Positions 1 through 8,890 of a stretch of DNA of 64,000 nucleotides are shown here, piece by piece (the stretch's first letter is position 1; the number at the start of each line of letters is the position of its first letter). A program made the translations under genes and the position numbers. The notes beneath the pieces are model-generated. The model had not been told where the DNA came from. It searched no databases and saw nothing but the letters and a program-made list of their open reading frames with translations. The stretch comes from Blastocatellia bacterium (lineage in GTDB: Bacteria > Acidobacteriota > Blastocatellia > UBA7656). Location: positions 5,187,122 to 5,251,121 of the forward strand of contig CAWDRU010000002.1 in assembly GCA_963804815.1 (NCBI GenBank). Direction: 5' to 3'.

Positions 1-1
1 T

Positions 2-130
2 CATCTGGGCGACCTCTACAAAAAGCAGGGCCAGGCGGATAAAGCGCGCGAGAAGTGGGAAGAGGCTTTGAAACTCGCCACCGAGCCTGACGAGATAAAG
101 AAGATCAAAGAAAAACTCGGTAAGAAATAG
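2..130 (+). CDS. 3' end of a TPR-like protein (5' part lies outside the window)
   Basis: Frame open from the window edge reads HLGDLYKKQGQADKAREKWEEALKLATEPDEIKKIKEKLGKK, then TAG at 128-130. TPR-like helical sequence, followed by a hairpin. Confidence 0.5.
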   Translation, partial: HLGDLYKKQGQADKAREKWEEALKLATEPDEIKKIKEKLGKK

Positions 131-142
131 GCAACGGGCAAA

Positions 143-197
143 GGGCGGAGGGCAGCCGATTGGAAAAGATCGAATTGCTGCCCTCCGCCTTTGTGTG
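143..197 (+). terminator. Rho-independent terminator-like hairpin
   Basis: GGCGGAGGGCAGC (144-156) pairs with GCTGCCCTCCGCC (177-189), followed by TTTGTGTG. Confidence 0.6.
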
Positions 198-224
198 AAA
201 ATCGCATCTTCAGGTGAAAGTCGT

Positions 225-827
225 ATGAGAAAGACATTGGGCCTCGCTGGTTTTATTGCGGTCGCGATTGTCGCGCTCATCTCTTCTGGCTACGCTCAGA
301 ACAGAAGCGGAGAGGTTGCAGGCTCTGCCAAAAACGAGCGCAGCAAGCGCGCTACGAGCATTCCGGACGCGGGCGTTATAACCGATGATGATTTATTGAA
401 GCCGCCGCCTGCCGATGAGATGCTTCAGGAGATCGAATCGCTCGAAGTGCAGTGTTTGAACGAGGTGAATCGTCTGCGCCAGTCGCGCAAGCTTGTGCCG
501 CTCACGTTCTCCGAAGACCTGTTGCAGGTGGCGCGCAGTTACAGCCGCCGCATGGCCGAAGAAAAATTCTTCTCTCATAACGACCCCGAAGGCCGAAGCG
601 TGCGGGAGCGTGTCAACGATGCAAACATCAAGTGGCGAATGGTCGGTGAAAACCTCGCTTTGTCGAACGGCTACATCAATCCTGTTGCCGTGAGCCTTCA
701 CGGCTGGATGGACAGCCCCGGCCACCGTCGCAACATTCTTGATCCCGATTGGCGACATACTGCGATAGGCGTCTGGATCGGCTCAACCGGCACGATCTAC
801 TTTACAGAGATATTTCTTACACAATAG
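225..827 (+). CDS. Secreted CAP/SCP (PR-1-like, YkwD-type) domain protein
   Basis: ORF 195-827; ATG at 225 gives MRKTLGLAGFIAVAIVALISSGYAQ, a signal-like N-terminus. The C-terminal half has CAP-type motifs (ARSYSRRMAEEKFFSHNDPEG, GENLA, WMDSPGHRRNIL). Confidence 0.8.
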   Translation: MRKTLGLAGFIAVAIVALISSGYAQNRSGEVAGSAKNERSKRATSIPDAGVITDDDLLKPPPADEMLQEIESLEVQCLNEVNRLRQSRKLVPLTFSEDLLQVARSYSRRMAEEKFFSHNDPEGRSVRERVNDANIKWRMVGENLALSNGYINPVAVSLHGWMDSPGHRRNILDPDWRHTAIGVWIGSTGTIYFTEIFLTQ

Positions 828-901
828 ATGAACAGTTGAATAGCGCAGAATTTCGTCGAATTCATAATCCTCGATTCTCAATTTTTAATTCTTAACTGAC
901 T

Positions 902-1777
902 ATGCTCCGGGTAAGATCATACGCCAAGATCAATTGGACGCTCGACGCGCTGTTCAAGCGCGAAGACGGTTATCACGAGCTTCGCACGATCTACCAGACC
1001 GTCTCTCTTCACGATCATTTGCGCATCAGCCAGACCCCCCACGCCATCGAAATCATATGCGATGACGAGCGTGTGCCCGAAGATGAAACAAATCTTGCGC
1101 ACAAGGCAGCCGTGTTGCTGCGCGAGGCCGCCAATGTAAAGACAGGGGCGCGTATAGAGATCGAAAAACGGATCCCGGTTGCCGCCGGACTTGGCGGAGG
1201 GTCATCGAATGCGGCAGCGACGCTTTTGGGGCTTGTCAGGCTATGGCGCGTCGAACTGGCCGAGCGCGAGATGATCGCTCTGGCCGCGAGCCTGGGGTCG
1301 GACGTGCCGTTTTTTCTGATTGGCGGTACGGCGCTGGGCGTCGGGCGGGGCGAAGAGGTTTACCCGATTGAAGAGACCGTATGCGAAAACCTGCTGCTCG
1401 TTAATCCCGGTTTCGCGGTCTCGACAGCCACGGCATACGGCAGGCTTTCGCGGTTGACAATGAAAGACGCCGCCCGTATCATACCCTTTACTTTATTAGC
1501 CGCGAAAGCCATCCGTGAGCTACCGCTTGCGGCAAGCAACGATCTGGAACAGACCGTTTCAGCCGCTCACCCAGAAATTGCGGAAGTCAAACGAAGGCTC
1601 CTGAGCCTGGGCGCACGGCACGCTTTGATGAGTGGCAGCGGGGCAACCGTCTTTGCGGTCTTTGACAATTCACAGATGAGCGAGCGAGCGCAATTTGAGA
1701 TGCGCGCAGCAGGCTACTGGTCAGAAAAAGCGAGCGCAATAAATCGTCAACAATATTGGAGCACTCTATTCGATTAA
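902..1777 (+). CDS. ispE: 4-diphosphocytidyl-2-C-methyl-D-erythritol kinase
   Basis: N-terminus YAKINWTLDALFKREDGYHEL and the GHMP kinase motif PVAAGLGGGSSNAAATLLGL. Sits in the classic ispE-prs-ctc-pth neighbourhood. Confidence 0.9.
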   Translation: MLRVRSYAKINWTLDALFKREDGYHELRTIYQTVSLHDHLRISQTPHAIEIICDDERVPEDETNLAHKAAVLLREAANVKTGARIEIEKRIPVAAGLGGGSSNAAATLLGLVRLWRVELAEREMIALAASLGSDVPFFLIGGTALGVGRGEEVYPIEETVCENLLLVNPGFAVSTATAYGRLSRLTMKDAARIIPFTLLAAKAIRELPLAASNDLEQTVSAAHPEIAEVKRRLLSLGARHALMSGSGATVFAVFDNSQMSERAQFEMRAAGYWSEKASAINRQQYWSTLFD

Positions 1778-1886
1778 GCTTTAAGCTTGATCGAACACGA
1801 TACCTGTAACGGCAATCGGGCAAAGGTTTAAACGAAATCGCGGGCGCACCGGACAATAGGATTCAAAAAAGTTTTCAAAAAAGCGA

Positions 1887-1961
1887 TGGGGAGTCGCCAA
1901 GCGGTAAGGCATCGGCCTTTGGAGCCGACATTCGGAGGTTCGAATCCTCCCTCCCCAGCCA
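1887..1961 (+). tRNA. tRNA-Gln (anticodon UUG), CCA encoded
   Basis: 75-nt cloverleaf folded by hand. Acceptor TGGGGAG/CTCCCCA, anticodon stem TCGGC/GCCGA with loop CTTTGGA (UUG), T arm GGAGG-TTCGAAT-CCTCC, discriminator G, then CCA. Confidence 0.9.
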
Positions 1962-1965
1962 GAAT

Positions 1966-2029
1966 GCAGTAGGCAGCAGGCAGCAGGCTGAAAGCAGTGA
2001 TCAGTTGCTTTCGGCCTTCTGCCTACTGC
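1966..2029 (+). terminator. Long imperfect hairpin downstream of tRNA-Gln
   Basis: GCAGTAGGCAG (1966-1976) pairs with CTGCCTACTGC (2019-2029); inner GGCTGAAAGCA pairs with TGCTTTCGGCC. The arm is built from GCAG-type short repeats. Confidence 0.45.
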
Positions 2030-2064
2030 TTTCTGTCTATCTTACTTTCTTTCGCGGAGGCAGT

Positions 2065-3003
2065 GTGAACGTAAAGGTCTTTTCAGGAAATGCGAACAGG
2101 CCGCTCGCTGAAGAGATCTGTCAGCACCTGGGGATGGAGATCGGCAAGGCCAACACCAGTCGGTTCTCGGACGGCGAGTTCAATTTCCAGATACTTGAGA
2201 ACGTGCGCGGCGAGGACTGTTTTCTGGTTCAACCCACATGCCCGCCGGTTGATCAGAATCTCATGGAGTTGCTCATCATGCTCGATGCGTTCCGGCGCTC
2301 GTCGGCCAAGCGCATCACAGCCGTGATCCCTTATTACGGCTACGCGCGCAAAGACCGCAAGGACCGGCCAAGGGTGCCGATCTCGTCGAAGCTGGTCGCC
2401 AATCTGATAACCGAAGCAGGCGCAGACCGCGTATTGTTGTTTGATCTGCACGCGGGTCAGATTCAAGGGTTCTTTGATATACCGGCTGATCACCTGTTTG
2501 CAGCGCCCGTGCTGGTCGGCTATTTTCAGGAATTGAAGCTTCCAAAGCTCACAGTCGTTGCGCCCGATGCGGGCGGCGTCGAGCGCGCGCGCGCTTATGC
2601 GAAGCGGTTGGGCGCAGAGCTTGCGATTATAGATAAGCGGCGCGATTACGAAAGGCTCGGCGAAGTGGAAGTGCTTCACGTCGTCGGTGAGGTCAAAGGG
2701 CGCACGGCGTTGATCATTGACGATATGATCGACACCGCCGGAACGCTTGTGAAGGCCGCCGAAGCGCTTGATGCAAAGGGCGCGGATGCTGTGCTGGCTT
2801 CGGCCACACACGCTGTGCTGAGCGGGCCAGCCGTTGAGAGAATTCAGGCTTCGCCGCTCAGAGAGGTGGTCGTGACCAACACTATTCCGACCGAGAATGC
2901 TTGCCGCTCTCAGAAGTTGAAATGCCTGAGCGTGGCGAAGATTCTGGCCGAAGCCATTTTGTCTATTCACGACGAGACATCTGTGAGTAAGCTGTTCATA
3001 TAG
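2065..3003 (+). CDS. prs: Ribose-phosphate pyrophosphokinase
   Basis: VNVKVFSGNANRPLAEEI N-terminus and PRPP-binding loop ALIIDDMIDTAGT. GTG start at 2065 preceded by GGAGG (2056-2060). The longer ORF-track start at 2005 would run through the hairpin. Confidence 0.9.
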   Translation: MNVKVFSGNANRPLAEEICQHLGMEIGKANTSRFSDGEFNFQILENVRGEDCFLVQPTCPPVDQNLMELLIMLDAFRRSSAKRITAVIPYYGYARKDRKDRPRVPISSKLVANLITEAGADRVLLFDLHAGQIQGFFDIPADHLFAAPVLVGYFQELKLPKLTVVAPDAGGVERARAYAKRLGAELAIIDKRRDYERLGEVEVLHVVGEVKGRTALIIDDMIDTAGTLVKAAEALDAKGADAVLASATHAVLSGPAVERIQASPLREVVVTNTIPTENACRSQKLKCLSVAKILAEAILSIHDETSVSKLFI

Positions 3004-3079
3004 ATTGATTCATTGAATCATTATAATCGATGAGCCGGTGACTGTTGAATCAATGGCTCAGTTTGAGGAGTGGTCAGAT

Positions 3080-3745
3080 ATGATTAAAGACTTAACGATC
3101 AACGCAGCCTCGCGCGAGGGGTTCGGAAAAAGCGAAGCCCGCCGATTGCGAAAGCAGGGGATGATCCCCGTAGCCGTTTACGGTGAAGGCAAAGCCGCAT
3201 CGGCAGTCGCGATCAACGCGAAAGAGATCGCCAACATACTGCGTTCGGACACGGGGCACAATACGATATTCAAGCTCGCTTTGCCAAACGGCGACGCCGA
3301 GCCTGCGACCGTAATCATCAAGGACTGGCAGGTTGATCCGGTAAAGGGTCGTCTGTTGCACGCAGACCTGCTGCGGCTCTCGATGACCGAAGTCACGCGC
3401 GTTAAAGTGGCGATAGAACCCATAGGCGAGCCTGTCGGCGTCAAACTCGAACTCGGCATACTCGATTTGCAGATGCGCGAAATCGAGGTTGAGTGCCTGC
3501 CCGGCGATATCCCCGAAGAACTGCAAATCGACGTGTCGAACCTTCATATAGGCGATCATCTGACGGTTGCAGATCTGATTTATGATCGCGAGAAGATCAA
3601 GGTCAGCGCCGATGAGAATCAACTGGTCGCAAGCGTGCTGGCTCCGCGCATGGCTGAAGAAGCCGCGCCTGCCGATGCCGAAGCCGATGCTGCTGCGGGT
3701 GGTGAGCCCGAAGTCATCAAGAAGGGCAAGACCGACGAGGAGTAG
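3080..3745 (+). CDS. rplY: 50S ribosomal protein L25 / general stress protein Ctc
   Basis: MIKDLTINAASREGFGKSEARRLRKQGMIPVAVYG is a typical L25/Ctc N-terminus; acidic or Ala-rich C-terminal tail; GAGGAG upstream of ATG 3080. Confidence 0.85.
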   Translation: MIKDLTINAASREGFGKSEARRLRKQGMIPVAVYGEGKAASAVAINAKEIANILRSDTGHNTIFKLALPNGDAEPATVIIKDWQVDPVKGRLLHADLLRLSMTEVTRVKVAIEPIGEPVGVKLELGILDLQMREIEVECLPGDIPEELQIDVSNLHIGDHLTVADLIYDREKIKVSADENQLVASVLAPRMAEEAAPADAEADAAAGGEPEVIKKGKTDEE

Positions 3746-3777
3746 TGGTCAGTCGCAACTGACCACCGCCTTCTGTT

Positions 3778-4371
3778 ATGAAGCTGATAGTCGGCCTTGG
3801 GAATCCGGGGAGAGAGTACGAGACGACTCGCCACAACCTCGGATTCATGCTCATTGATAGATTGTTTGAGCGCGCAGGGTGCAGGCGTTTCCGCGACGAA
3901 TCGAATGCCAAAGTTGCGGAGGCGACTCTGGCAGGCGAGCGCGTCCTGCTCGTAAAGCCGCAGACGTATATGAATCTGAGCGGCAATGCTGTTCGCCCTC
4001 TGCTTGAACGCTACGGCGAGGCGAAGGCGGCAAACCTGATTGCCGCCTCTGACGAAGCGGCGCTGCCGTTTGGCATGATTCGCGTTCGCGGGCGAGGCAG
4101 CGCGGGCGGGCAAAAAGGGCTGAAATCAATCATCGAGCGGATCGGGTCTCAGGAGTTTCCGCGCGTGCGACTGGGCGTAAAGCCGGATCATGCGGTGAGC
4201 GATCTTTCAAGCTTTGTGCTTTCGCCCATACCCAGGCGCGACCGCGAGACGCTTGACCATATGCTTGATCGCGCAGCCGACGCCGTTGAGGTGATCATAC
4301 GCGAAGGCATCGAGCGCGCGATGTCGCTCTTTAACGAGCGCGTGAAGCAGAGTTCGGAAGCCGTAGATTAG
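3778..4371 (+). CDS. pth: Peptidyl-tRNA hydrolase
   Basis: MKLIVGLGNPGREYETTRHNLGF and QTYMNLSG motifs. Confidence 0.9.
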   Translation: MKLIVGLGNPGREYETTRHNLGFMLIDRLFERAGCRRFRDESNAKVAEATLAGERVLLVKPQTYMNLSGNAVRPLLERYGEAKAANLIAASDEAALPFGMIRVRGRGSAGGQKGLKSIIERIGSQEFPRVRLGVKPDHAVSDLSSFVLSPIPRRDRETLDHMLDRAADAVEVIIREGIERAMSLFNERVKQSSEAVD

Positions 4372-4515
4372 ATGCCATCGTCTAATCTATGACAAAGTTC
4401 TTTCTCAAGAGGTTCTATAATGAATCTCCTTGCTCTGATCAGTAAGGTCAGGGCTTAACCGCAGCGTTTTGATGACGCTGGCGAAGTATAATCCAAAAGG
4501 AGGATGACTCTTAGG

Positions 4516-4935
4516 ATGAGAGTTTATGAAGTCTTGTTTATTGTCGCTCCCAACACGGAAGAGAGCGACACCGAAGCGCTTATCACTCAAATAAGCGATG
4601 TCATAACCAATCAGGGCGCGACGATCGCAAAGGTTGATCGCATAGGCCGTCGCCGCCTCGCCTACTCCATCGGAAAATTCAACGAAGGCTACTACGTGGT
4701 GCTTACTGTCGAAGGCACAGGCGCGGAGATTGCCGAAGTCGAACGTCGCATGCGCGTGACGGATGCTGTAATCCGCTACATCACTATTCGCATAGACGAA
4801 GACCTCAAACGCGCCGAAAAGTTCCGCGCTCGCCGCCAGGCGCACGCAGCGGCAGGCGGCGGGCCGCGCGGCAGACGGCGCTCTGAACCCGTGCTTCCGA
4901 TAGGAAACGATGACGACGAGGAGGATGAAGAGTAA
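4516..4935 (+). CDS. rpsF: 30S ribosomal protein S6
   Basis: [13 protein letters not shown]...RRLAY...GYYVV pattern; AAAGGAGG about 13 nt upstream of ATG 4516; acidic C-terminal tail. Confidence 0.9.
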   Translation: MRVYEVLFIVAPNTEESDTEALITQISDVITNQGATIAKVDRIGRRRLAYSIGKFNEGYYVVLTVEGTGAEIAEVERRMRVTDAVIRYITIRIDEDLKRAEKFRARRQAHAAAGGGPRGRRRSEPVLPIGNDDDEEDEE

Positions 4936-5213
4936 TGAGCAGTGATAACAGAGATCAAGGTCGGCGCGAAGACAAAGGCGGGCGACAGGGGGGTCGTCGC
5001 TTCGTGCGCGCGCGCAAGTCGTGCAAATTCTGCGCGGACAAAGTGGACTATATAGATTACAAGGACTCGCGAACGCTGGGCGGCTACATACCTGAGCGCG
5101 GCAAGATTCTGCCTCGTCGAATATCGGGCACCTGCGCACCGCATCAGCGAATGCTTGCGACGGCGATCAAGCGCGCCCGCAATGCCGCTTTTTTGCCCTT
5201 CGCGGTAGATTAA
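4935..5213 (+). CDS. rpsR: 30S ribosomal protein S18
   Basis: [60 protein letters not shown]. The start overlaps the rpsF stop (TAATG). Confidence 0.9.
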   Translation: MSSDNRDQGRREDKGGRQGGRRFVRARKSCKFCADKVDYIDYKDSRTLGGYIPERGKILPRRISGTCAPHQRMLATAIKRARNAAFLPFAVD

Positions 5214-5215
5214 CG

Positions 5216-5285
5216 ATTCTGGATTTTAGATTCTGAATTTTGGATCGAAGGCTTCGATCCAAAATCAGCAATCCAAAATCCAAAA
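5216..5285 (+). terminator. Long imperfect hairpin between rpsR and rplI
   Basis: TTTTGGATCGAAG (5237-5250) pairs with CTTCGATCCAAAA (5252-5264). The outer arms, made of GGATTTT/GAATTTT-type repeats, also pair imperfectly. Confidence 0.45.
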
Positions 5286-5303
5286 CCGAGTGAGGATTTA
5301 TCA

Positions 5304-5945
5304 ATGGCACACATGGATGTATTACTCAAAGAGGATGTAGACAATCTGGGGGATCGCGGGCAGGTCGTGCGCGTGCGTTCGGGCTACGGGCGGAACTATC
5401 TGCTCCCGCAGGGACTGGCGATTGAAGCCACCACAGGCAACAAACGCATGATCGAAGAACAGCGCCGGGTGCTGGCCAAACGCGAAGATCGCGAACGAAC
5501 AAGTGCTCAGAGCGAATCTGCCAAACTCGACGGGGTTGAACTGCGTTTCGAGCGCCGCGTCGGCGAGCACGGACTGCTTTACGGATCTGTGACCGCGCTC
5601 GACATAATCGAAGAACTGAAGAAACTCGGCTACACAGTCGAGCGCCGCAAAGTCAGCCTGCGCGATCACATCAAAGAGGTGGGCGATTATGATGTGACGA
5701 TCAAACTTCACCGCGATGTTATTCCAACGATCAAGGTTAAAGTGCGCAAGGAAGGGGCCGTAGACGAGCCTGTTCGATCAGAGGCTGTCGCCACGGAACC
5801 GGCTGTGGAAGCCAGTTCCAGCGCCGCCGAAGAATCGACGGAGACCGAAGCCGCAGAACCGACAGAAACTGCTGCTGACGAATCAGGCGCAGAGCCGGGA
5901 GCCTCGCTCGTCGCCTCAGATGAAGCCGAATCCGCTCAGGAATAA
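5304..5945 (+). CDS. rplI: 50S ribosomal protein L9 with acidic low-complexity C-terminal extension
   Basis: DVLLKEDVDNLGDRGQVVRVRSGYGRNYLLPQGLA is a typical L9 N-terminus. GAGGA lies 7 nt upstream. The tail is rich in E/A/T/S. Confidence 0.9.
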   Translation: MAHMDVLLKEDVDNLGDRGQVVRVRSGYGRNYLLPQGLAIEATTGNKRMIEEQRRVLAKREDRERTSAQSESAKLDGVELRFERRVGEHGLLYGSVTALDIIEELKKLGYTVERRKVSLRDHIKEVGDYDVTIKLHRDVIPTIKVKVRKEGAVDEPVRSEAVATEPAVEASSSAAEESTETEAAEPTETAADESGAEPGASLVASDEAESAQE

Positions 5946-5956
5946 ATCTACACAGG

Positions 5957-6050
5957 TCAGAGGCCGGAGGTTAGAGATCGGTAAAAAGTAATTCGATTTA
6001 TTGCTCTTGCCGGTCTCTAACCTCTAGCCTCTGATTCCCGTTTTTGCTAT
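5957..6050 (+). terminator. Long hairpin terminator after rplI
   Basis: TCAGAGGCCGGAGGTTAGAGATCGG (5957-5981) pairs imperfectly with CCGGTCTCTAACCTCTAGCCTCTGA (6010-6044), followed by TTCCCGTTTTTGC. Confidence 0.55.
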
Positions 6051-6060
6051 CATCACGCGC

Positions 6061-6097
6061 GAACGGCTGAGGGCGCAGCCGGTTCGCTTTTCTTTTC
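6061..6097 (+). terminator. Second rho-independent terminator-like hairpin
   Basis: GAACGGCTG / CAGCCGGTTC stem followed by GCTTTTCTTTTC. Confidence 0.55.
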
Positions 6098-6151
6098 TGA
6101 TGTCGTCTATTCGGTTGGGCAGCCTCCCGTAAATCAATTGGAATTCAGCTT

Positions 6152-8779
6152 ATGACGCGGCCAGCCTCAAGCGATCCTTTTTTCGAGAAAGGGCTTCCCT
6201 CCAACGTCGAAGCCGAACGCTCGATATTGGGCGCAATACTTTTAGACAACGCAGTCTGTAATCAGGCCATAGAGCTGCTGCGCCGCGAAGACTTCTTTCT
6301 GGATTCTCATCGTCGCATATTCGACAAGATGGTCGCTCTTACGGAACGCGGCTCGCCCATCGACTACATTACTTTGAGCGACGAACTGCGGCGCGCGGCT
6401 GAGTTCGAGCAGATAGGGGGCGCGACCTATATCGCGTCGCTCATTGACGGCGTGCCGCGCACGGATACAATCGAGCACTACGCAAAGATAGTCAAATCGA
6501 AGGCCCAGCTTCGCAAACTCATCACGGCTTCTAATCAGATAATCGCAAACTGCTTTGACGAAGAAGACGACCCCGACATCATCATCGACCGCGCGGAGCA
6601 GATGATCTTCCAGATAGCCGAAGACCGCGTGCGGCAGGGATTCCAGTACATCGGCGAAGTGGCCCAGCGCCGACTCGAACAGATCGAACAGATGGCCGGT
6701 CGCCCGGAGATGATTACGGGCGTGCCCACAGGGTTTACGGATTTCGATCAGATGACATCCGGCCTTCAGCGCCAGGACCTGATCATCATCGCCGCGCGCC
6801 CGTCAATGGGTAAGACTGCGTTAGCTCTTAACATGGCGCAGTACGCGGCGAAGAATGGGAACACGGTTGGTGTCTTCAGCCTTGAAATGTCTGCCGAACA
6901 GCTCGTATCCAGATTGCTTTGCTCGGAAGCGCGCGTTGACGCGCATCGTCTGCGAACCGGGTATCTAAACCGCGAAGAGTGGGCGCGCCTTGCCGACGCG
7001 CTCAGGCGGCTTTGCGAAACGCAGGTGTTTATAGACGACACGCCCGGCACAAACGTGCTTGAGATGCGCGCGAAATCGCGCCGGTTGAAGGCAGAACACG
7101 GCCTTGACCTGTTGATCATAGACTACCTGCAATTGATGTCCGGGCGGGGTCGCATAGAATCGCGCCAGCAGGAAGTATCGCAGATCTCGCGCGACCTCAA
7201 GGGGCTTGCGAAAGAACTGGACATGCCCGTAATCGCGCTCTCGCAGTTGTCGCGCGCGACCGAAACGCGAAGCGACCACCGCCCGCAACTGAGCGACTTA
7301 CGCGAAAGCGGCTGCCTTGCCGGTGAAGCCCGCGTGACGATGGCTGATACTGGTGCTGAGGTCCCAATTCGTGATCTGGTCGGACAATCAGAGTTTGCCG
7401 TGTGGGCGCTCAACGAAGAGACGCTGAAAATCGAGCGTGCTCTTGTGAGTCGGGCATTTTCAACCGGAATCAAACCCGTCTATTGTTTGACTACGCGATT
7501 AGGCCGATGCATTCGAGCCACAGGCAATCACAAATTCCGCACCTTTGAAGGTTGGAGGCGGCTCGACGAATTAAAGCCGGGCGAGCGTCTGGCTGTGCCG
7601 CGCGAGTTGAGCGGTTCATCATCTCAAAATATGAGCGATGCAGAACTGGCTTTACTGGGACATCTGATAGGAGACGGCTGTACACTTCCTCGCCATGTCA
7701 TTCAATACACAACGAGAGAGAAAGACCTGGCTGAACTCGTGGCATCTCTGGCAAGCGAGGTGTTTGGAGATGAAGTAAAGCCCCGAATCAATAATGAGCG
7801 TACCTGGTATCAGGTTTATCTGTCTTCGACGCGCCGCCACACTCATAATGTTCACAGTGCCGTAACGGAATGGTTGGAACACCTCGGCGTTTTCGGTTTG
7901 CGTTCTTACGAGAAGCGAGTTCCCGATAAAGTGTTTGAGCAACCTCAATCGGCAATCGCACTGTTTCTGCGCCATCTCTGGGCTACTGACGGCTGTATCG
8001 GAATGAAACCGGGATTTTGTTCCCCTGCTGTATACTACGCGTCGAGCAGCCAGCGGCTCGCGCGAGACGTTCAATCGTTACTGTTGCGGCTTGGCATCAA
8101 TGCGTGGCTGCGTCAGAGATCGCAGAATGGAAAAGGGCGAGATCAATTTCATGTTACTGTGACCGGGAAGCCTGATCTTGAGCGATTCATTAATTTGGTG
8201 GGGGCAGTGGGTAAATACAGGAACGACTCGCTTGAGGATGTCGCGCGATATATACAGAACCGCCTTGCTAACACGAACAGGGATATAATCCCGAACGTGA
8301 TTTGGAGAGAAATTGTTGTGCCTGCGATGCAAAAAGCAGATATCACTACTCGCCAGATGATGGCAGGCATACAAACGCATTACTGCGGCACACAGATCTA
8401 CAAGCAGAATGTAAGCCGCGAGCGAGCGGCCAGAATCGCAACGGCGGTCTCTTCTGATTATCTGAATAAACTATCGCGTAGCGACATATATTGGGATCAG
8501 ATCATAAGTATAGAAGCAGATGGAGAGGCGGAAGTTTATGACCTGACAGTGCCGGGCCAGCATAACTTTATCGCCAATTGTATGATTGCTCACAACAGCA
8601 TCGAGCAAGACGCAGACGTGGTCTGCTTCATCTATCGCGAAGAGGTTTATAATCAGAACGACGAAAATCGCGGCACTGCCGAACTGATAATCGGCAAGCA
8701 GCGCAACGGGCCGACAGGAACGGCGCAACTGGCTTTCCTGAAAGAGTTCACGCGGTTCGAGAATATGTGGCGGGAATAA
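6152..8779 (+). CDS. dnaB: Replicative DNA helicase DnaB, interrupted in frame by an intein
   Basis: DnaB N-terminal domain ([13 protein letters not shown]) and Walker A ([13 protein letters not shown]). The ...QLSDLRESG | intein | SIEQDADVV... junction matches the classic DnaB intein site. Exteins sum to 447 aa. Confidence 0.9.
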   Translation: MTRPASSDPFFEKGLPSNVEAERSILGAILLDNAVCNQAIELLRREDFFLDSHRRIFDKMVALTERGSPIDYITLSDELRRAAEFEQIGGATYIASLIDGVPRTDTIEHYAKIVKSKAQLRKLITASNQIIANCFDEEDDPDIIIDRAEQMIFQIAEDRVRQGFQYIGEVAQRRLEQIEQMAGRPEMITGVPTGFTDFDQMTSGLQRQDLIIIAARPSMGKTALALNMAQYAAKNGNTVGVFSLEMSAEQLVSRLLCSEARVDAHRLRTGYLNREEWARLADALRRLCETQVFIDDTPGTNVLEMRAKSRRLKAEHGLDLLIIDYLQLMSGRGRIESRQQEVSQISRDLKGLAKELDMPVIALSQLSRATETRSDHRPQLSDLRESGCLAGEARVTMADTGAEVPIRDLVGQSEFAVWALNEETLKIERALVSRAFSTGIKPVYCLTTRLGRCIRATGNHKFRTFEGWRRLDELKPGERLAVPRELSGSSSQNMSDAELALLGHLIGDGCTLPRHVIQYTTREKDLAELVASLASEVFGDEVKPRINNERTWYQVYLSSTRRHTHNVHSAVTEWLEHLGVFGLRSYEKRVPDKVFEQPQSAIALFLRHLWATDGCIGMKPGFCSPAVYYASSSQRLARDVQSLLLRLGINAWLRQRSQNGKGRDQFHVTVTGKPDLERFINLVGAVGKYRNDSLEDVARYIQNRLANTNRDIIPNVIWREIVVPAMQKADITTRQMMAGIQTHYCGTQIYKQNVSRERAARIATAVSSDYLNKLSRSDIYWDQIISIEADGEAEVYDLTVPGQHNFIANCMIAHNSIEQDADVVCFIYREEVYNQNDENRGTAELIIGKQRNGPTGTAQLAFLKEFTRFENMWRE
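7313..8596 (+). mobile_element. DnaB intein (428 aa) with LAGLIDADG homing-endonuclease domain
   Basis: Starts with Cys (CLAGEARV, codon 7313-7315). Block B is TGNHKF. Two LAGLIDADG-like motifs ([22 protein letters not shown]). Ends ...[21 protein letters not shown] (Asn codon 8594-8596) with +1 Ser. Confidence 0.85.
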
Positions 8780-8787
8780 GATACAAG

Positions 8788-8890
8788 GGATGAGGGATGA
8801 GGGATGAAGGATGAAAAAGAGCCTGCCGATAAAACTATAAATGCAGCCCACGATTCATCCCTCATCCCTCATCCTTCATCCTTCATCCTT
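8788..8890. repeat. GGATGAR-heptamer hairpin element, copy A
   Basis: Left arm GGGATGAGGGATGAGGGATGAAGGATGAA (8788-8815). Right arm TTCATCCCTCATCCCTCATCCTTCATCCTTCATCCTT (8855-8890). Lies between dnaB and alr. Confidence 0.8.

Noticed and set aside
2083-2970. 295-aa ORF antisense to prs
   Set aside because: It lies entirely inside a confidently identified gene on the other strand. The sequence is Arg/Ala-rich and low-complexity with no motif, which is the typical shadow ORF of GC-rich DNA.
4405-5139. 244-aa and 122-aa ORFs antisense to rpsF/rpsR
   Set aside because: Shadow ORFs across highly conserved ribosomal protein genes. No RBS and no recognisable domain.
8471-8865. Recurring peptide SSLIPHPSS / HPSSLIP in several ORFs (8471-8851, 8653-8865, 37058-37429, 37415-) as a possible protein motif
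   Set aside because: It is simply the translation of the YTCATCC heptamer arm of the hairpin elements in different frames and strands. Only the alr N-terminus may actually be translated.
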